Shown here piece by piece: positions 17,951-27,158 of a stretch of 32,699 bases of DNA (positions are counted from its first letter, which is position 1; each line of letters begins with the position of its first letter). Below the pieces are notes generated by a model. That model worked only from the letters and a program-made list of their open reading frames with translations, searched no databases and was not told where the DNA came from. This DNA is from Ignavibacteriota bacterium (GTDB taxonomy: Bacteria; Bacteroidota; Ignavibacteria; UBA10030; CAVZMI01). Where the stretch lies: assembly GCA_963776275.1 (NCBI GenBank), contig CAVZMI010000030.1:1-32699 (forward strand). Reading direction: 5' to 3'. Position numbers and translations under genes: made by a program.

Positions 17951-18190
17951 GCATACTTCCTGATTTTGTCGGAAGTGCTCATATGTGCTGAATCCCCCCC
18001 GATATCCAGTCCCTGCCTGCCCGCCGACGTCCTCCGGACTAAGGCGGGCCTGCGTGCCGGAGGCACTCCGGCCGGCAGGCGCTATAACGGCCCGTCCACC
18101 GGGCCTAAAAGGAGAGGCGGAAGTCGGAATCGGGATTAAGCAATAGAGTCCTGACAGAGCGTGACGGAAGTAGAAGGCGGCAACTAAAAA
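17951..18190 (+). promoter_or_regulatory. Structured rpsB leader (probable S2 autoregulatory RNA) carrying an inserted repeat
   Basis: Long-range pairs TACTTCC 17954 / GGAAGTA 18166 and TGCTGAATCCC 17986 / GGGATTAAGCA 18132, located upstream of rpsB. Confidence 0.55.
18011..18080 (-). repeat. Palindromic mini-element of the same family as in attC3
   Basis: 18026-18066 is the reverse complement of 3741-3781 (39/41). CCCTGCCTGCCCGCCG also matches the reverse complement of about 3802-3817. Confidence 0.9.
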
Positions 18191-18204
18191 CTAAAGGACA
18201 CAGC

Positions 18205-18975
18205 ATGGCACGGGTAGAACTTACCGAATTACTCTCCGCGGGGTCGCATTTCGGACACCTCACTCGCCGTTGGAATCCAAAGATGAAACCTTTTATTTTC
18301 ATGGAGCGGAACGGTATTCATATTATCGATCTGAAAAAAACACAGGAGCAAATTGAAACGGCGGCGAACGCTCTTTCCAACATCGCTTCCGAAGGAAAGC
18401 GCATCTTATTTGTGGGAACAAAAAAGCAGGCGCAGGATGTGCTCGCCGAAGAAGCAAAGCGTTGCGGTGCGTCGTACGTCACAAAGCGCTGGCTCGGGGG
18501 CATGCTCACAAATTTCAGCACGATCAGGAAAAGTATTAAACGGCTTACCAATATTGAAAAGATGGAATCCGACGGAACTTTCGATAAGATTACAAAAAAA
18601 GAAGGACTCCAGCTCTCACGTGAGAGAGACAAGCTGCAATCGGTGCTCCAGGGCATTATCGATCTTACACGTCTCCCCGGCGCTCTGTACGTTGTGGATG
18701 TGAAGAAAGAGGCAATCGCCGTCAAAGAGGCAAAGAGACTTGGAGTTCCGGTATTCGCTATCGTCGATACAAATTGCGATCCTGAACAAATCGATTATAT
18801 AATTCCGGCGAACGATGATGCGATTAAATCGATCCAGGTGATTACAAAAGCGATTTCGGATGCCGTACTTGAAGGTCGTGAACGCGCGCGTGCGCATCAA
18901 CTTGAAGATAAAGATGATACTGCAGCAGAACAGAAAAAACTGGCTGAAGAAGAAAAACAAAAAACAGAAGTATAA
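18205..18975 (+). CDS. rpsB: 30S ribosomal protein S2
   Basis: [33 protein letters not shown] and IPANDD motifs. Confidence 0.98.
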   Translation: MARVELTELLSAGSHFGHLTRRWNPKMKPFIFMERNGIHIIDLKKTQEQIETAANALSNIASEGKRILFVGTKKQAQDVLAEEAKRCGASYVTKRWLGGMLTNFSTIRKSIKRLTNIEKMESDGTFDKITKKEGLQLSRERDKLQSVLQGIIDLTRLPGALYVVDVKKEAIAVKEAKRLGVPVFAIVDTNCDPEQIDYIIPANDDAIKSIQVITKAISDAVLEGRERARAHQLEDKDDTAAEQKKLAEEEKQKTEV

Positions 18976-19003
18976 ATCTTTTTCGTGAAAGCGATATAAA
19001 AGT

Positions 19004-19603
19004 ATGGCAGGAATTTCAACAGAACTTGTGAAAGCAATCCGTGAACGAACCGGCGCCGGAATGATGGCCTGTAAGCAAGCCCTCGAGGAAACCAACGGCG
19101 ATATGGAAAAAGCCATCGAGGTCTTGCGAAAGAAGGGGGCAGCGCTGGCGGCGAAACGTGCATATAGAGCGACAAATCAGGGCGTTATTGAAGCATATAT
19201 TCATGCCGGAGGGCGAATCGGCACACTTGTCGAATTAAATTGCGAAACGGATTTTGTAGCAAAGACTCCGGAATTTCGCACGCTGGCTCACGATCTTGCG
19301 ATGCAGGTGGCTGCGATGAGCCCGATCGTTGTCTCACGCGAACAGCTTGAACCTGCACTCGTCGAACATGAGAAAGAAATTTATAGGACTCAGGCGCAAA
19401 ATGAAGGAAAACCCGCCCAGGTGATTGAGAAAATTGCCGAAGGGAGGATGGAAAAATTCTGTCAGGAAAATTGTTTATTGGAGCAGAGTTTCATTAAGGA
19501 TTCCAGCAAAACAATTAAGGATCTTTTAAACGAAGCTGCCGGAAAGATGGGAGAGAATATCAGTATCCGACGGTTCCATCGATTCCATCTCGGAGAGGTA
19601 TAA
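19004..19603 (+). CDS. tsf: Elongation factor Ts (short form)
   Basis: RERTGAGMMACKQAL and ELNCETDFVA motifs; 199 aa. Confidence 0.97.
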   Translation: MAGISTELVKAIRERTGAGMMACKQALEETNGDMEKAIEVLRKKGAALAAKRAYRATNQGVIEAYIHAGGRIGTLVELNCETDFVAKTPEFRTLAHDLAMQVAAMSPIVVSREQLEPALVEHEKEIYRTQAQNEGKPAQVIEKIAEGRMEKFCQENCLLEQSFIKDSSKTIKDLLNEAAGKMGENISIRRFHRFHLGEV

Positions 19604-19631
19604 TAGCGATTGTATGGAGGGATGATGAACA

Positions 19632-20385
19632 ATGGCACAGCCGATTTATAATAGAATTCTCCTGAAACTCAGCGGCGAGTCGCTCATGGGGAATAAGGAG
19701 TTTGGAATTGATCACACAATCATGCGGCATTATGCCGAAGAAATCAAATCGGCGCGTGATTTAGGCGTCCAGATTGCGCTTGTCATCGGCGGCGGGAATA
19801 TTTACCGGGGAGTAGCCGATTCATCCGATGGAATAGATAAAGTCACGGGCGATCATATGGGGATGCTCGCAACCGTCATTAATTCCCTTGCACTCCAGAA
19901 CACATTTGAAAAGTATGGCGTTTACACCAGACTGCTCTCGGCCATCAAAATGGAACAGATCTGTGAACCGTTCATACGCCGTCGTGCGATCCGCCATCTT
20001 GAAAAAGGTCGGACGGTGATTTTCGGGGCGGGAACGGGAAATCCGTATTTTACTACCGATACCGCTGCAGCGCTTCGTGCAATCGAAATTGAAGCCGACG
20101 TTATCATAAAAGGAACACGCGTAGACGGGGTCTACGATGCCGATCCGGAAAAATTTCCCGATGCGTTTCGCTTTCAGGAAATTTCATATTATGACGTTCA
20201 TAAAAAAAGACCTCCGAATCATGGATATGACTGCCATAACCTTATGCCGCGAAAATAATCTCCCCATCATTGTCTATAATATGACGAAAAAGGGGAACCT
20301 GAAACGGCTGCTGCTGGGCGAGGGGATTGGAACAAAAGTATACGACCTGCAGGTGAAACCGCTGCAGGAACAAATACCACAATAA
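19632..20385 (+). CDS. pyrH: UMP kinase, +1 frameshift near 20193-20208
   Basis: [17 protein letters not shown] and [10 protein letters not shown] motifs. The C-terminus [15 protein letters not shown]...IGT lies in the next frame. Confidence 0.95.
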
Positions 20386-20409
20386 CTCCAGCAACAATAG
20401 GAGTATGCT

Positions 20410-20967
20410 ATGGTCTCAACTATTTTAAAAGACGCCGAACACAAAATGCAGAAGGCGGTCGAGGTTGTGCGGCAGGAACTAGTTAAAATCCGGACAGGTA
20501 AAGCTACAACGGCATTACTCGACGGTATAAAGGTAGAGTATTACGGCACCATGACGCCTCTGAATCAGGTTGCAAATGTGAGCACACCCGACGTTCACAC
20601 CATCACGGTACAGCCATGGGAAAAAGCCATGGTAGGCCCGATTGAAAAAGCCATCCAGGCAGCAAATCTCGGATTGAATCCCATTGCCGGCGCCGATGCA
20701 CTCCGTGTACCGATTCCGCCGCTGAATGAAGAACGGCGGAAGGAACTCGTGAAGCTTGTGAAAAAGTTTGCGGAAGAAGGAAAAATCGCGGTTCGGAATG
20801 TACGACGCGATGCAATTGAACATCTGAAGAAATCTGAGAAGGCCGAACATTTCTCGGAAGATGAACGTAAACGCGGCGAACAGGAAGCTCAAAAATTGAC
20901 CGATAAATATATCAAAGAGATCGACAATCTCGTAGTGCTGAAAGAAAAAGAAGTGTTGGAAGTGTAA
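20410..20967 (+). CDS. frr: Ribosome recycling factor
   Basis: IRTGKA, LGLNP, PPLNEERRKEL and VRNVRRDA motifs. Confidence 0.98.
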   Translation: MVSTILKDAEHKMQKAVEVVRQELVKIRTGKATTALLDGIKVEYYGTMTPLNQVANVSTPDVHTITVQPWEKAMVGPIEKAIQAANLGLNPIAGADALRVPIPPLNEERRKELVKLVKKFAEEGKIAVRNVRRDAIEHLKKSEKAEHFSEDERKRGEQEAQKLTDKYIKEIDNLVVLKEKEVLEV

Positions 20968-20990
20968 AAAAGGTCAGGTAAAAAATAATG

Positions 20991-21023
20991 GAGCCTCATT
21001 CTATAAAAAGAATGAGGCTTTTT
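20991..21023. terminator. Rho-independent terminator between convergent genes
   Basis: AGCCTCATTCT-ataaaa-AGAATGAGGCT stem followed by a T-tract. Confidence 0.85.
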
Positions 21024-21080
21024 ATATAGCGTTGTGTCGAAGGTATCACAAAATAATTAAATCCAGGAAACTCACCGTTA

Positions 21081-21404
21081 TCAACGAATTCTTTTATGCA
21101 TCCTCTTCCGGTTTTTTCTCCCAATTAAAACAAGCGCGAAAGAGGTTTTTTCAATATTTCTTGTGCTAGGTTTATATCGCCTGTACTTCAGCCGGCGGCG
21201 GAGTCGCTGCTCGACCTCATAGGGTATATCGGGTGATTGAAGTATGAGTTTCCGGATTTCACGCCTGATTCGTGCATAAGTCTCCAGACGTTGTTTCCCT
21301 TCAGGCGTTTCCATTATAGAAACAGGAAATCCTTCAACTTCGTCGTTATTACCTTCATTATCAAAAAGAACGCTTAAAGCAACATGATAGCGAAAATGAT
21401 TCAT
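21081..21404 (-). CDS. Hypothetical basic protein, possible anti-sigma-like partner
   Basis: AAGGAGGG RBS 7 nt before ATG 21404. Lies downstream of the ECF sigma factor. ALSVLFDNE resembles the anti-sigma N-terminal LSxxxDGE pattern. Confidence 0.55.
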   Translation of the reverse strand: MNHFRYHVALSVLFDNEGNNDEVEGFPVSIMETPEGKQRLETYARIRREIRKLILQSPDIPYEVEQRLRRRLKYRRYKPSTRNIEKTSFALVLIGRKNRKRMHKRIR

Positions 21405-21518
21405 AGGCATTCCCTCCTTACTCTGATAGCACCACTCCAACAAATTTTTAAGAATATCATTGTAATATTTTTAGTTGGAGTGGTACTGTGGCCCTGTCGT
21501 TTGTAAGAATTGAAATTG

Positions 21519-22046
21519 TCAGGACCCTAGTGAATGTAATGCAATCCTTAGCTTCTCGCGTGCACGGAAGAGGCGGACTTTCACGCTAGCAAGCGTTGCA
21601 CCCGTCAGATCAGCAATTTCCTGATAGGAAAACCCCTGGATCTCCCTCAGGATAATGATCTCCCGCTGTTCCGGCTTGAGTGCATCGAGCGCCTTTCGAA
21701 GTTCCTCACGATGATCAACTGTATCGTAGGAATTCGTCGGTGAAACGAGATCCTCAACCTCGTCGACCGAAGGGTGTTTGCGTATCCGCCTCAGGGCATC
21801 GTAACAGAGATTCCGTGCTATACGGAATATCCAGCCGCTCAGGCTGCCGGTTCCACGGAAACTTGCCATTTTCTCATGCACGCGGATAAATGTTTCCTGA
21901 AAAATATCTGACGCAAGATCCTTATCTCCGACAATTTTCAGACAGTACAGCCATACCTGGCGTTTGTGGCTGTCGTATAATTGTTCAAATGCCTTTTCGT
22001 CCCCCTGATAGAGACGAAGCACAAGCTCAGAATCATTCTGATACAA
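21519..22046 (-). CDS. ECF RNA polymerase sigma factor
   Basis: GDEKAFEQLY, DIFQETFI, WIFRIARN and GFSYQEIA...VKVRLFRAR motifs. TTG start after GGGAG. Confidence 0.93.
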   Translation of the reverse strand: MYQNDSELVLRLYQGDEKAFEQLYDSHKRQVWLYCLKIVGDKDLASDIFQETFIRVHEKMASFRGTGSLSGWIFRIARNLCYDALRRIRKHPSVDEVEDLVSPTNSYDTVDHREELRKALDALKPEQREIIILREIQGFSYQEIADLTGATLASVKVRLFRAREKLRIALHSLGS

Positions 22047-22292
22047 GTGTTGTTCTCCCGACGATTATCAAGCAACTGTGGATATTGACCTATCGTCCCA
22101 TGAAGGACGAACGAAAGGTGGGGATTGTTACTGCAGCCCACCGAGATTCTATAATCTCAGTAGCAAGGGGTAAAGTGCGGATTTTCCTTTATTTTTATGA
22201 GGTTTTAATAACTCCTTGAATAACATACGAAATTCTATTGTAGATGTCAAGAGAAAAAATGGAAAGAGAGAAAAGAATAAGATCAAGGTCAA

Positions 22293-22360
22293 CCCTTCGA
22301 CTCCCCCTCGACTCGCACTTCCCAAAAAACGGGAAGTACTCGCTCGGGGTCGCTCAGGGC
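22293..22360. repeat. Nested REP-like palindrome
   Basis: CCCTTCGACT[CCCCCTCGACTCGCACTTCCC-AAAAAAC-GGGAAGTACTCGCTCGGGGT]CGCTCAGGGC. Confidence 0.7.
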
Positions 22361-22617
22361 GAGGGTCAAGATTAAGAAATGTCATATTTATGTCTATGAC
22401 GATGGAAACCTTAAAAAACGCAAAAAGCCCTGCGTCTTCACTGTTCGAATGAACTGAATAGTGCTCCTTATGTCCAGACCGAAGAAGAAATGTTGAAGGA
22501 AGAAAAACGGTTTGCTGAAATTTCAGAAAAAATGGCAGCTATACTTGATTATCTTGATAAAATATAGCTATCTCTTTCTTCCAGAAATATTTTCGGAGAA
22601 GGAAACCATTTGTCATT

Positions 22618-23826
22618 TTACTTTGAATGATTTCCCTTCATCACGATCTCGTGCGTATCGAGTGCAATCACAAGCTCTTCATTTGTGGGAATCACAAGGG
22701 CGGTAACACGCGAACCGGGCGTTGTTATGATTTTTTCCTTTGCCGCGGACGTGTTCGCCGTCTGATCAACGGTAATGCCGAGGAATTCGAGTCCTTTGAG
22801 TGACGCAGTCCGGATATCGGACGAGTTCTCGCCGATTCCTCCGGTGAACACAATTGCATCCAGTCCGCCCATAGCGACAGCGTATGCTCCGATGTATTTT
22901 GCCACCCTGTAAGCAAAAATATCGAATGCAAGTTTTGCCCTCTTGTTTTCCGCCATTTCAGATTGGATTTCGCGCATATCGCTGCTCACACCGGAAATAC
23001 CGATCAATCCGCTGTGTTTATTCAACAGCGTGTTCGCATCGGAAATTGTAAGACCTTCTTTCGCCATGACATACAGTATGATCCATGGATCCAGATCACC
23101 GGTACGGGTGCCCATCAGGAGTCCTTCGAGCGGAGTAAAGCCCATCGTCGTATCAATCGACACGCCGCCGTCTACAGCCGCCATACTGCATCCGTTGCCA
23201 AGGTGGCATGTGACTGTTTTCAATTCCTTGATGGATTTCTGCAGCAGCTCCGCTGCACGCTGCGAGACATATCGATGCGAGGTACCGTGAAATCCATATC
23301 GCCTTATTTTGTATTCACGATAAAGAGAATAAGGAATTCCATATACATATGCCTTTGGAGGCATCTGCTGGTGGAAAGCGGTATCAAATACAGCGATCTG
23401 CGGAGTCGTCGGCAGATGGATCATACAGGCTTGAATACCACGAAGGTTGTGCGGGTTATGGAGCGGAGCCAGTTCGATATTATCCTGAATTCCTTTCAGG
23501 ACATCCGGCGTAATGAGCATGGACTGTGTGAAAGTCTCACCGCCGTGGACAACCCGGTGACCGATGGCGTGAATCTCGGATTTTTCCATGATCACGCCGT
23601 GCTGTTTGTTCAAAAGAACAGCGAGGATATATTCGATTGCCGTTATGTGATCGAGGATGTCTCCGGTAATTCTTATTTCATCACCATCGGATCGTTTATT
23701 TGTCAGCAGTGCACCATCCATACCGATGCGCTCGACGATTCCCTTGGTGAGAACGGTCCTGCTATCGGTTTCTATGAATTGATATTTGACGGATGAGCTC
23801 CCGCTGTTCAGAACAAGAATTTTCAT
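22618..23826 (-). CDS. ackA: Acetate kinase
   Basis: LVLNSGSSSVK, GHRVVHGG, APLHNP, RRYGFHGTSH, CHLGNG and PTNEE motifs. Confidence 0.97.
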   Translation of the reverse strand: MKILVLNSGSSSVKYQFIETDSRTVLTKGIVERIGMDGALLTNKRSDGDEIRITGDILDHITAIEYILAVLLNKQHGVIMEKSEIHAIGHRVVHGGETFTQSMLITPDVLKGIQDNIELAPLHNPHNLRGIQACMIHLPTTPQIAVFDTAFHQQMPPKAYVYGIPYSLYREYKIRRYGFHGTSHRYVSQRAAELLQKSIKELKTVTCHLGNGCSMAAVDGGVSIDTTMGFTPLEGLLMGTRTGDLDPWIILYVMAKEGLTISDANTLLNKHSGLIGISGVSSDMREIQSEMAENKRAKLAFDIFAYRVAKYIGAYAVAMGGLDAIVFTGGIGENSSDIRTASLKGLEFLGITVDQTANTSAAKEKIITTPGSRVTALVIPTNEELVIALDTHEIVMKGNHSK

Positions 23827-23849
23827 GATTGCTTTCTATCGAAAAGAAA

Positions 23850-24788
23850 TTAATGAATTCGTTTTCCGTTATTATCGTACGCAAAAAATCCCTTGCCATT
23901 TTTTTTCCCGAGCTTGTCTTCGCGGACGAGCTGTTGGAGGAGGGGAGAAGGGCGATATTTCGATTCCCCGAGCTCATTGAACAGTGTCTCCATCCATGCC
24001 AGAACCTCGTCGAGTCCCATCGTATCTGCCATTTCAAGCGGACCCATCGGAAGATTGTATCCGAGTTTCATCGCCTGTTCGATTCCTTCGGCTGTCGTAA
24101 CTCCCTGCATCAGGACGTTCATCGCCTCGTTCAACATCGGAATAATGATTCGCGTCGTCACAAACCCCGGATAATCAAATACTTCGATCACCACTTTTCC
24201 CAGTCGTTCCGCGAAGCCTTTTACCAGCTGGAAGGTATCGTTCGACGTTTTTGTTCCACGGACGAGTTCGACCACCGGTATTTTCGGAACGGGATTGAGG
24301 AAGTGCATACCGATAACTTTTTCTTGCCTTGCCGTAACTGCAGCAATTTTTGAAAGGCTGAGCGTTGATGTATTTGATACGAGAATTGCAGCGGGTTTGC
24401 AGAATTGATCGAACATTTGAAAGACTTTTTTCTTGGATTCAAAATTTTCGTCGACCGCTTCGATCAACAATCCGCAATCGCGGATCTCATCTGGTGAAAT
24501 TGTTCCGTGAATGCGGGAGAGGAGCGATTTTTTATCGGCTTTCGTCATCGCCCAGCGTTGGATTTCTCTGTCGAGGTCGATGCCGAGAGTTTCAAGCGTT
24601 TTTGCGAGCCTTTCTTTGCTGATTTCCAGTGCAACGACATCGATGCCGGCAGCAGAAATTGTCTGCGCAATTCCACGTCCCATGATACCAAGCCCGACAA
24701 CCGCAACCTTGTTTATTCGTCCCGTGTCACTCGTTTTAAACGACGACTCGCCGACAATATCTTCTATTTTGAGCTTTGCTTCTGACAT
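23850..24788 (-). CDS. 3-hydroxybutyryl/3-hydroxyacyl-CoA dehydrogenase
   Basis: GLGIMGRGIA Rossmann motif, SNTSTL, GMHFLNP, PMGPL and LGKKNGKGF. Confidence 0.92.
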   Translation of the reverse strand: MSEAKLKIEDIVGESSFKTSDTGRINKVAVVGLGIMGRGIAQTISAAGIDVVALEISKERLAKTLETLGIDLDREIQRWAMTKADKKSLLSRIHGTISPDEIRDCGLLIEAVDENFESKKKVFQMFDQFCKPAAILVSNTSTLSLSKIAAVTARQEKVIGMHFLNPVPKIPVVELVRGTKTSNDTFQLVKGFAERLGKVVIEVFDYPGFVTTRIIIPMLNEAMNVLMQGVTTAEGIEQAMKLGYNLPMGPLEMADTMGLDEVLAWMETLFNELGESKYRPSPLLQQLVREDKLGKKNGKGFFAYDNNGKRIH

Positions 24789-24792
24789 AATG

Positions 24793-25611
24793 TTAAAAAT
24801 CTTTCCTGTTAAAAATGATGATTGCAAGAATGAGTGCTGCAATTCCGGATGCAGCTGAATAATAAACCGGTCCAGGCGTCATTGATCCACCGGAAATAAG
24901 TCGCATTGTATTTGACTGAAGATCGCTGATTTGAGGTAATGCATAGTATAAACCGTCGATAATTTTTTGTGCATAGCTGTTCTCGATGAATCCATAGAGT
25001 AAACGCTGACGATGATATAAAATATTATCGAGAATAAAAATATAGATGAATGATAGCATTATCACGAAACCGGAACTGCGGAAAAGAATAGCGAGCAGTG
25101 TAACAAAGCAATAGATTACTGCATAACTGAATGTAAGCGTCACAAATGTATACAGGAATGGAATGCTCCATATTCCCGTCTTCATTCCAAATACTATCCA
25201 GAGACCACCGACGGCATAGAGTAGGTTCAGAGCAATTGCGGCAAGTGCCCCAAGATATTTTCCGAGGAGGATGAACGGACGGCCTATCGGTTTCGAGAGA
25301 TAAAGATCGATCGTACCGCGGGTCATCGTATCCGGAAGAATTCCTGCCGTTGCAATAATACCGAATAGTATAAGCCCGATAAATCCTGAAGAAATAAGAC
25401 CGGCCTGAAACCATGCAAGATACTTCGGGGCTATATCTTTTGGTATGGCATTTCCGAAAAGCGAGAATGTCGCGGTCCCCCCAACCGTTACACTCTGGAA
25501 GATAAAAGACAACACAAGGATGGTAATGGTGGACATACCAAAATAAAAGAGCAGCGTTCCCTTAGAGATCGTCTGACGTAACGTATCGATAATGATTGCA
25601 GAAATTTTCAT
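24793..25611 (-). CDS. ABC-2 type transporter permease
   Basis: Multi-TM protein with GTIDLYLSKPIGR...LGKY motif; overlaps the ATPase stop codon. Confidence 0.88.
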   Translation of the reverse strand: MKISAIIIDTLRQTISKGTLLFYFGMSTITILVLSFIFQSVTVGGTATFSLFGNAIPKDIAPKYLAWFQAGLISSGFIGLILFGIIATAGILPDTMTRGTIDLYLSKPIGRPFILLGKYLGALAAIALNLLYAVGGLWIVFGMKTGIWSIPFLYTFVTLTFSYAVIYCFVTLLAILFRSSGFVIMLSFIYIFILDNILYHRQRLLYGFIENSYAQKIIDGLYYALPQISDLQSNTMRLISGGSMTPGPVYYSAASGIAALILAIIIFNRKDF

Positions 25612-26543
25612 TGAGGCAACTCTGATTTAATAAGTGAAATAAACGATTCTTCTAGAGTTGTCCTGTGAGGGATAATAGATTCAATCTCCATGCCGTGTCT
25701 CCTGAGAATATCGATGGCCTTGTTAAGATGCGCGGCATCTCCGGCCTGTAGAAAGATCTCGTGATCCCGCTCTGTCAGTATGAGAGAATTCGAACGTAAT
25801 TCCGTTTCAATTTCAGAAGAAATCGGTGTACTGGTTTTAATGATATATTCTTCAGGATTCTGCGTCAGGTCGTATATCGATCCGGTCTTGATGAGGACGC
25901 CTTTATTTAAAATTCCTACCCTGTCGGAAATCAGCTCAACTTCCGAGAGGAGATGAGAGTTTAAAAAAACTGTCTTCCCGTTGTCACGGATTCGGCGCAG
26001 GACATCACGAATTTCTTTTCGGCCGATCGGATCAACGCCATCCGTCGGTTCGTCGAGAAAGACGATTTCGGGGTCGTTCAGCAAAGCTTGAGCGAGTCCG
26101 ATTCGTTGAAGCATTCCTTTCGAATATTTTTTTATCTTCGTCCGGCTCCACTGTGATATATCGACAAGTTTCAACAATTCATTAATTCGTGGCCCGAGTT
26201 CACTCTTATTCAATCCGCTTAATTTGCCGAAAAAAGAGAGTACTTGCTCTCCGGTAAGGTATGCCGGATAACGATGGTTTTCGGGGAGATACCCGATTTT
26301 TTCTTTTATGGTATAATCGGAAATCGGACGGTCGAGCAGCGTGGCGCTTCCCGAAGAAGGGAAAATAATACCGAGAAGAAGCTTGATAAAAGTGGTCTTC
26401 CCGGCTCCATTCGGGCCGAGAAGTCCAAAAATTTCTCCCTTTTCAATGGAAATACTTGTGGGTTCGAGAGCGTGTATATGCTGTCTTCCGAAAAGGCCAC
26501 TATGGTAGGTCTTCGAAAGGCCTTCTGTAACAATAACTGACAT
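25608..26543 (-). CDS. ABC transporter ATP-binding protein
   Basis: GPNGAGKTT, YSKGM, FLDEPT and NSH motifs. Confidence 0.95.
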   Translation of the reverse strand: MSVIVTEGLSKTYHSGLFGRQHIHALEPTSISIEKGEIFGLLGPNGAGKTTFIKLLLGIIFPSSGSATLLDRPISDYTIKEKIGYLPENHRYPAYLTGEQVLSFFGKLSGLNKSELGPRINELLKLVDISQWSRTKIKKYSKGMLQRIGLAQALLNDPEIVFLDEPTDGVDPIGRKEIRDVLRRIRDNGKTVFLNSHLLSEVELISDRVGILNKGVLIKTGSIYDLTQNPEEYIIKTSTPISSEIETELRSNSLILTERDHEIFLQAGDAAHLNKAIDILRRHGMEIESIIPHRTTLEESFISLIKSELPQ

Positions 26544-26586
26544 CCTGATCCTATACTAAGTGGTGGAAAGTATACCGAGTTTTTCC

Positions 26587-26736
26587 TTGACTTTCAAGTA
26601 GAATCCCATTATTTTTAAGCAATAAATTGAAGATTTTGTGTTTCAAAGGAACCTAAAAAAAGGACAATTCGTTGTATAAGGTGACTGATAGAAGTCATTT
26701 TTTTTGAGCTAAAATAGGACTGTAATGGTCGGAGAT
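26587..26736 (+). promoter_or_regulatory. Putative promoter and IscR/Rrf2-type operator
   Basis: TTGACT-N17-TATTTT at 26587-26615. ATAGGACTGTAATGGTCGGAGAT (26714-26736) resembles the IscR type-1 GACT-N5-AGTC core and overlaps the RBS. Confidence 0.45.
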
Positions 26737-26741
26737 TCATT

Positions 26742-27149
26742 ATGCTACGGTTATCCAAAAAAGTTGAGTACGGAATTATTGCAATCCGCCATATTGCGAC
26801 TCAGCATATGCACGGTACGGTGACAACCGCGAAGGAGATTGCCGACATATACGATATCTCGTACGAGCTTCTTGCCAAAGTTTTGCAGAGGCTCGCGAAA
26901 GAGAGATTGATATCTTCTTACCAGGGTGTACACGGGGGTTACACTCTTGCCGGAGATGCTAGTTCAATTTCGATCTCCTCGATCATCAATGCGATTGAAG
27001 GATTCTCGCCGGCTATCGCTCAATGTATTTCGGACAAGGCGGGGAAATGCGAGATTTTCGAGAGTTGTACGATCAAAAATCCGCTTGGAAAGATCCAACA
27101 TAATATAAATGAAGTATTCGAAAAAATGACGCTTTCAGAAATTATCTGA
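26742..27149 (+). CDS. Rrf2-family regulator (IscR-like, three C-terminal Cys)
   Basis: LSKKVEYG, GVHGGYTLA and C-x7-C-x5-C motifs. Confidence 0.92.
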   Translation: MLRLSKKVEYGIIAIRHIATQHMHGTVTTAKEIADIYDISYELLAKVLQRLAKERLISSYQGVHGGYTLAGDASSISISSIINAIEGFSPAIAQCISDKAGKCEIFESCTIKNPLGKIQHNINEVFEKMTLSEII

Positions 27150-27158
27150 GTGAGGGCG

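Noticed and set aside
19004-19603. Truncated tsf
   Set aside because: A short EF-Ts of about 200 aa is a known natural form, and both termini look complete.
20193-20208. Programmed frameshift in pyrH at the A7 run
   Set aside because: I know of no precedent for pyrH, and two similar +1 indels elsewhere favour sequencing error.
22963-23796. 277-aa plus-strand ORF and other long antisense ORFs over core genes
   Set aside because: These are shadow ORFs opposite well-conserved genes (ackA, lipA, rpsB, sufC and others).
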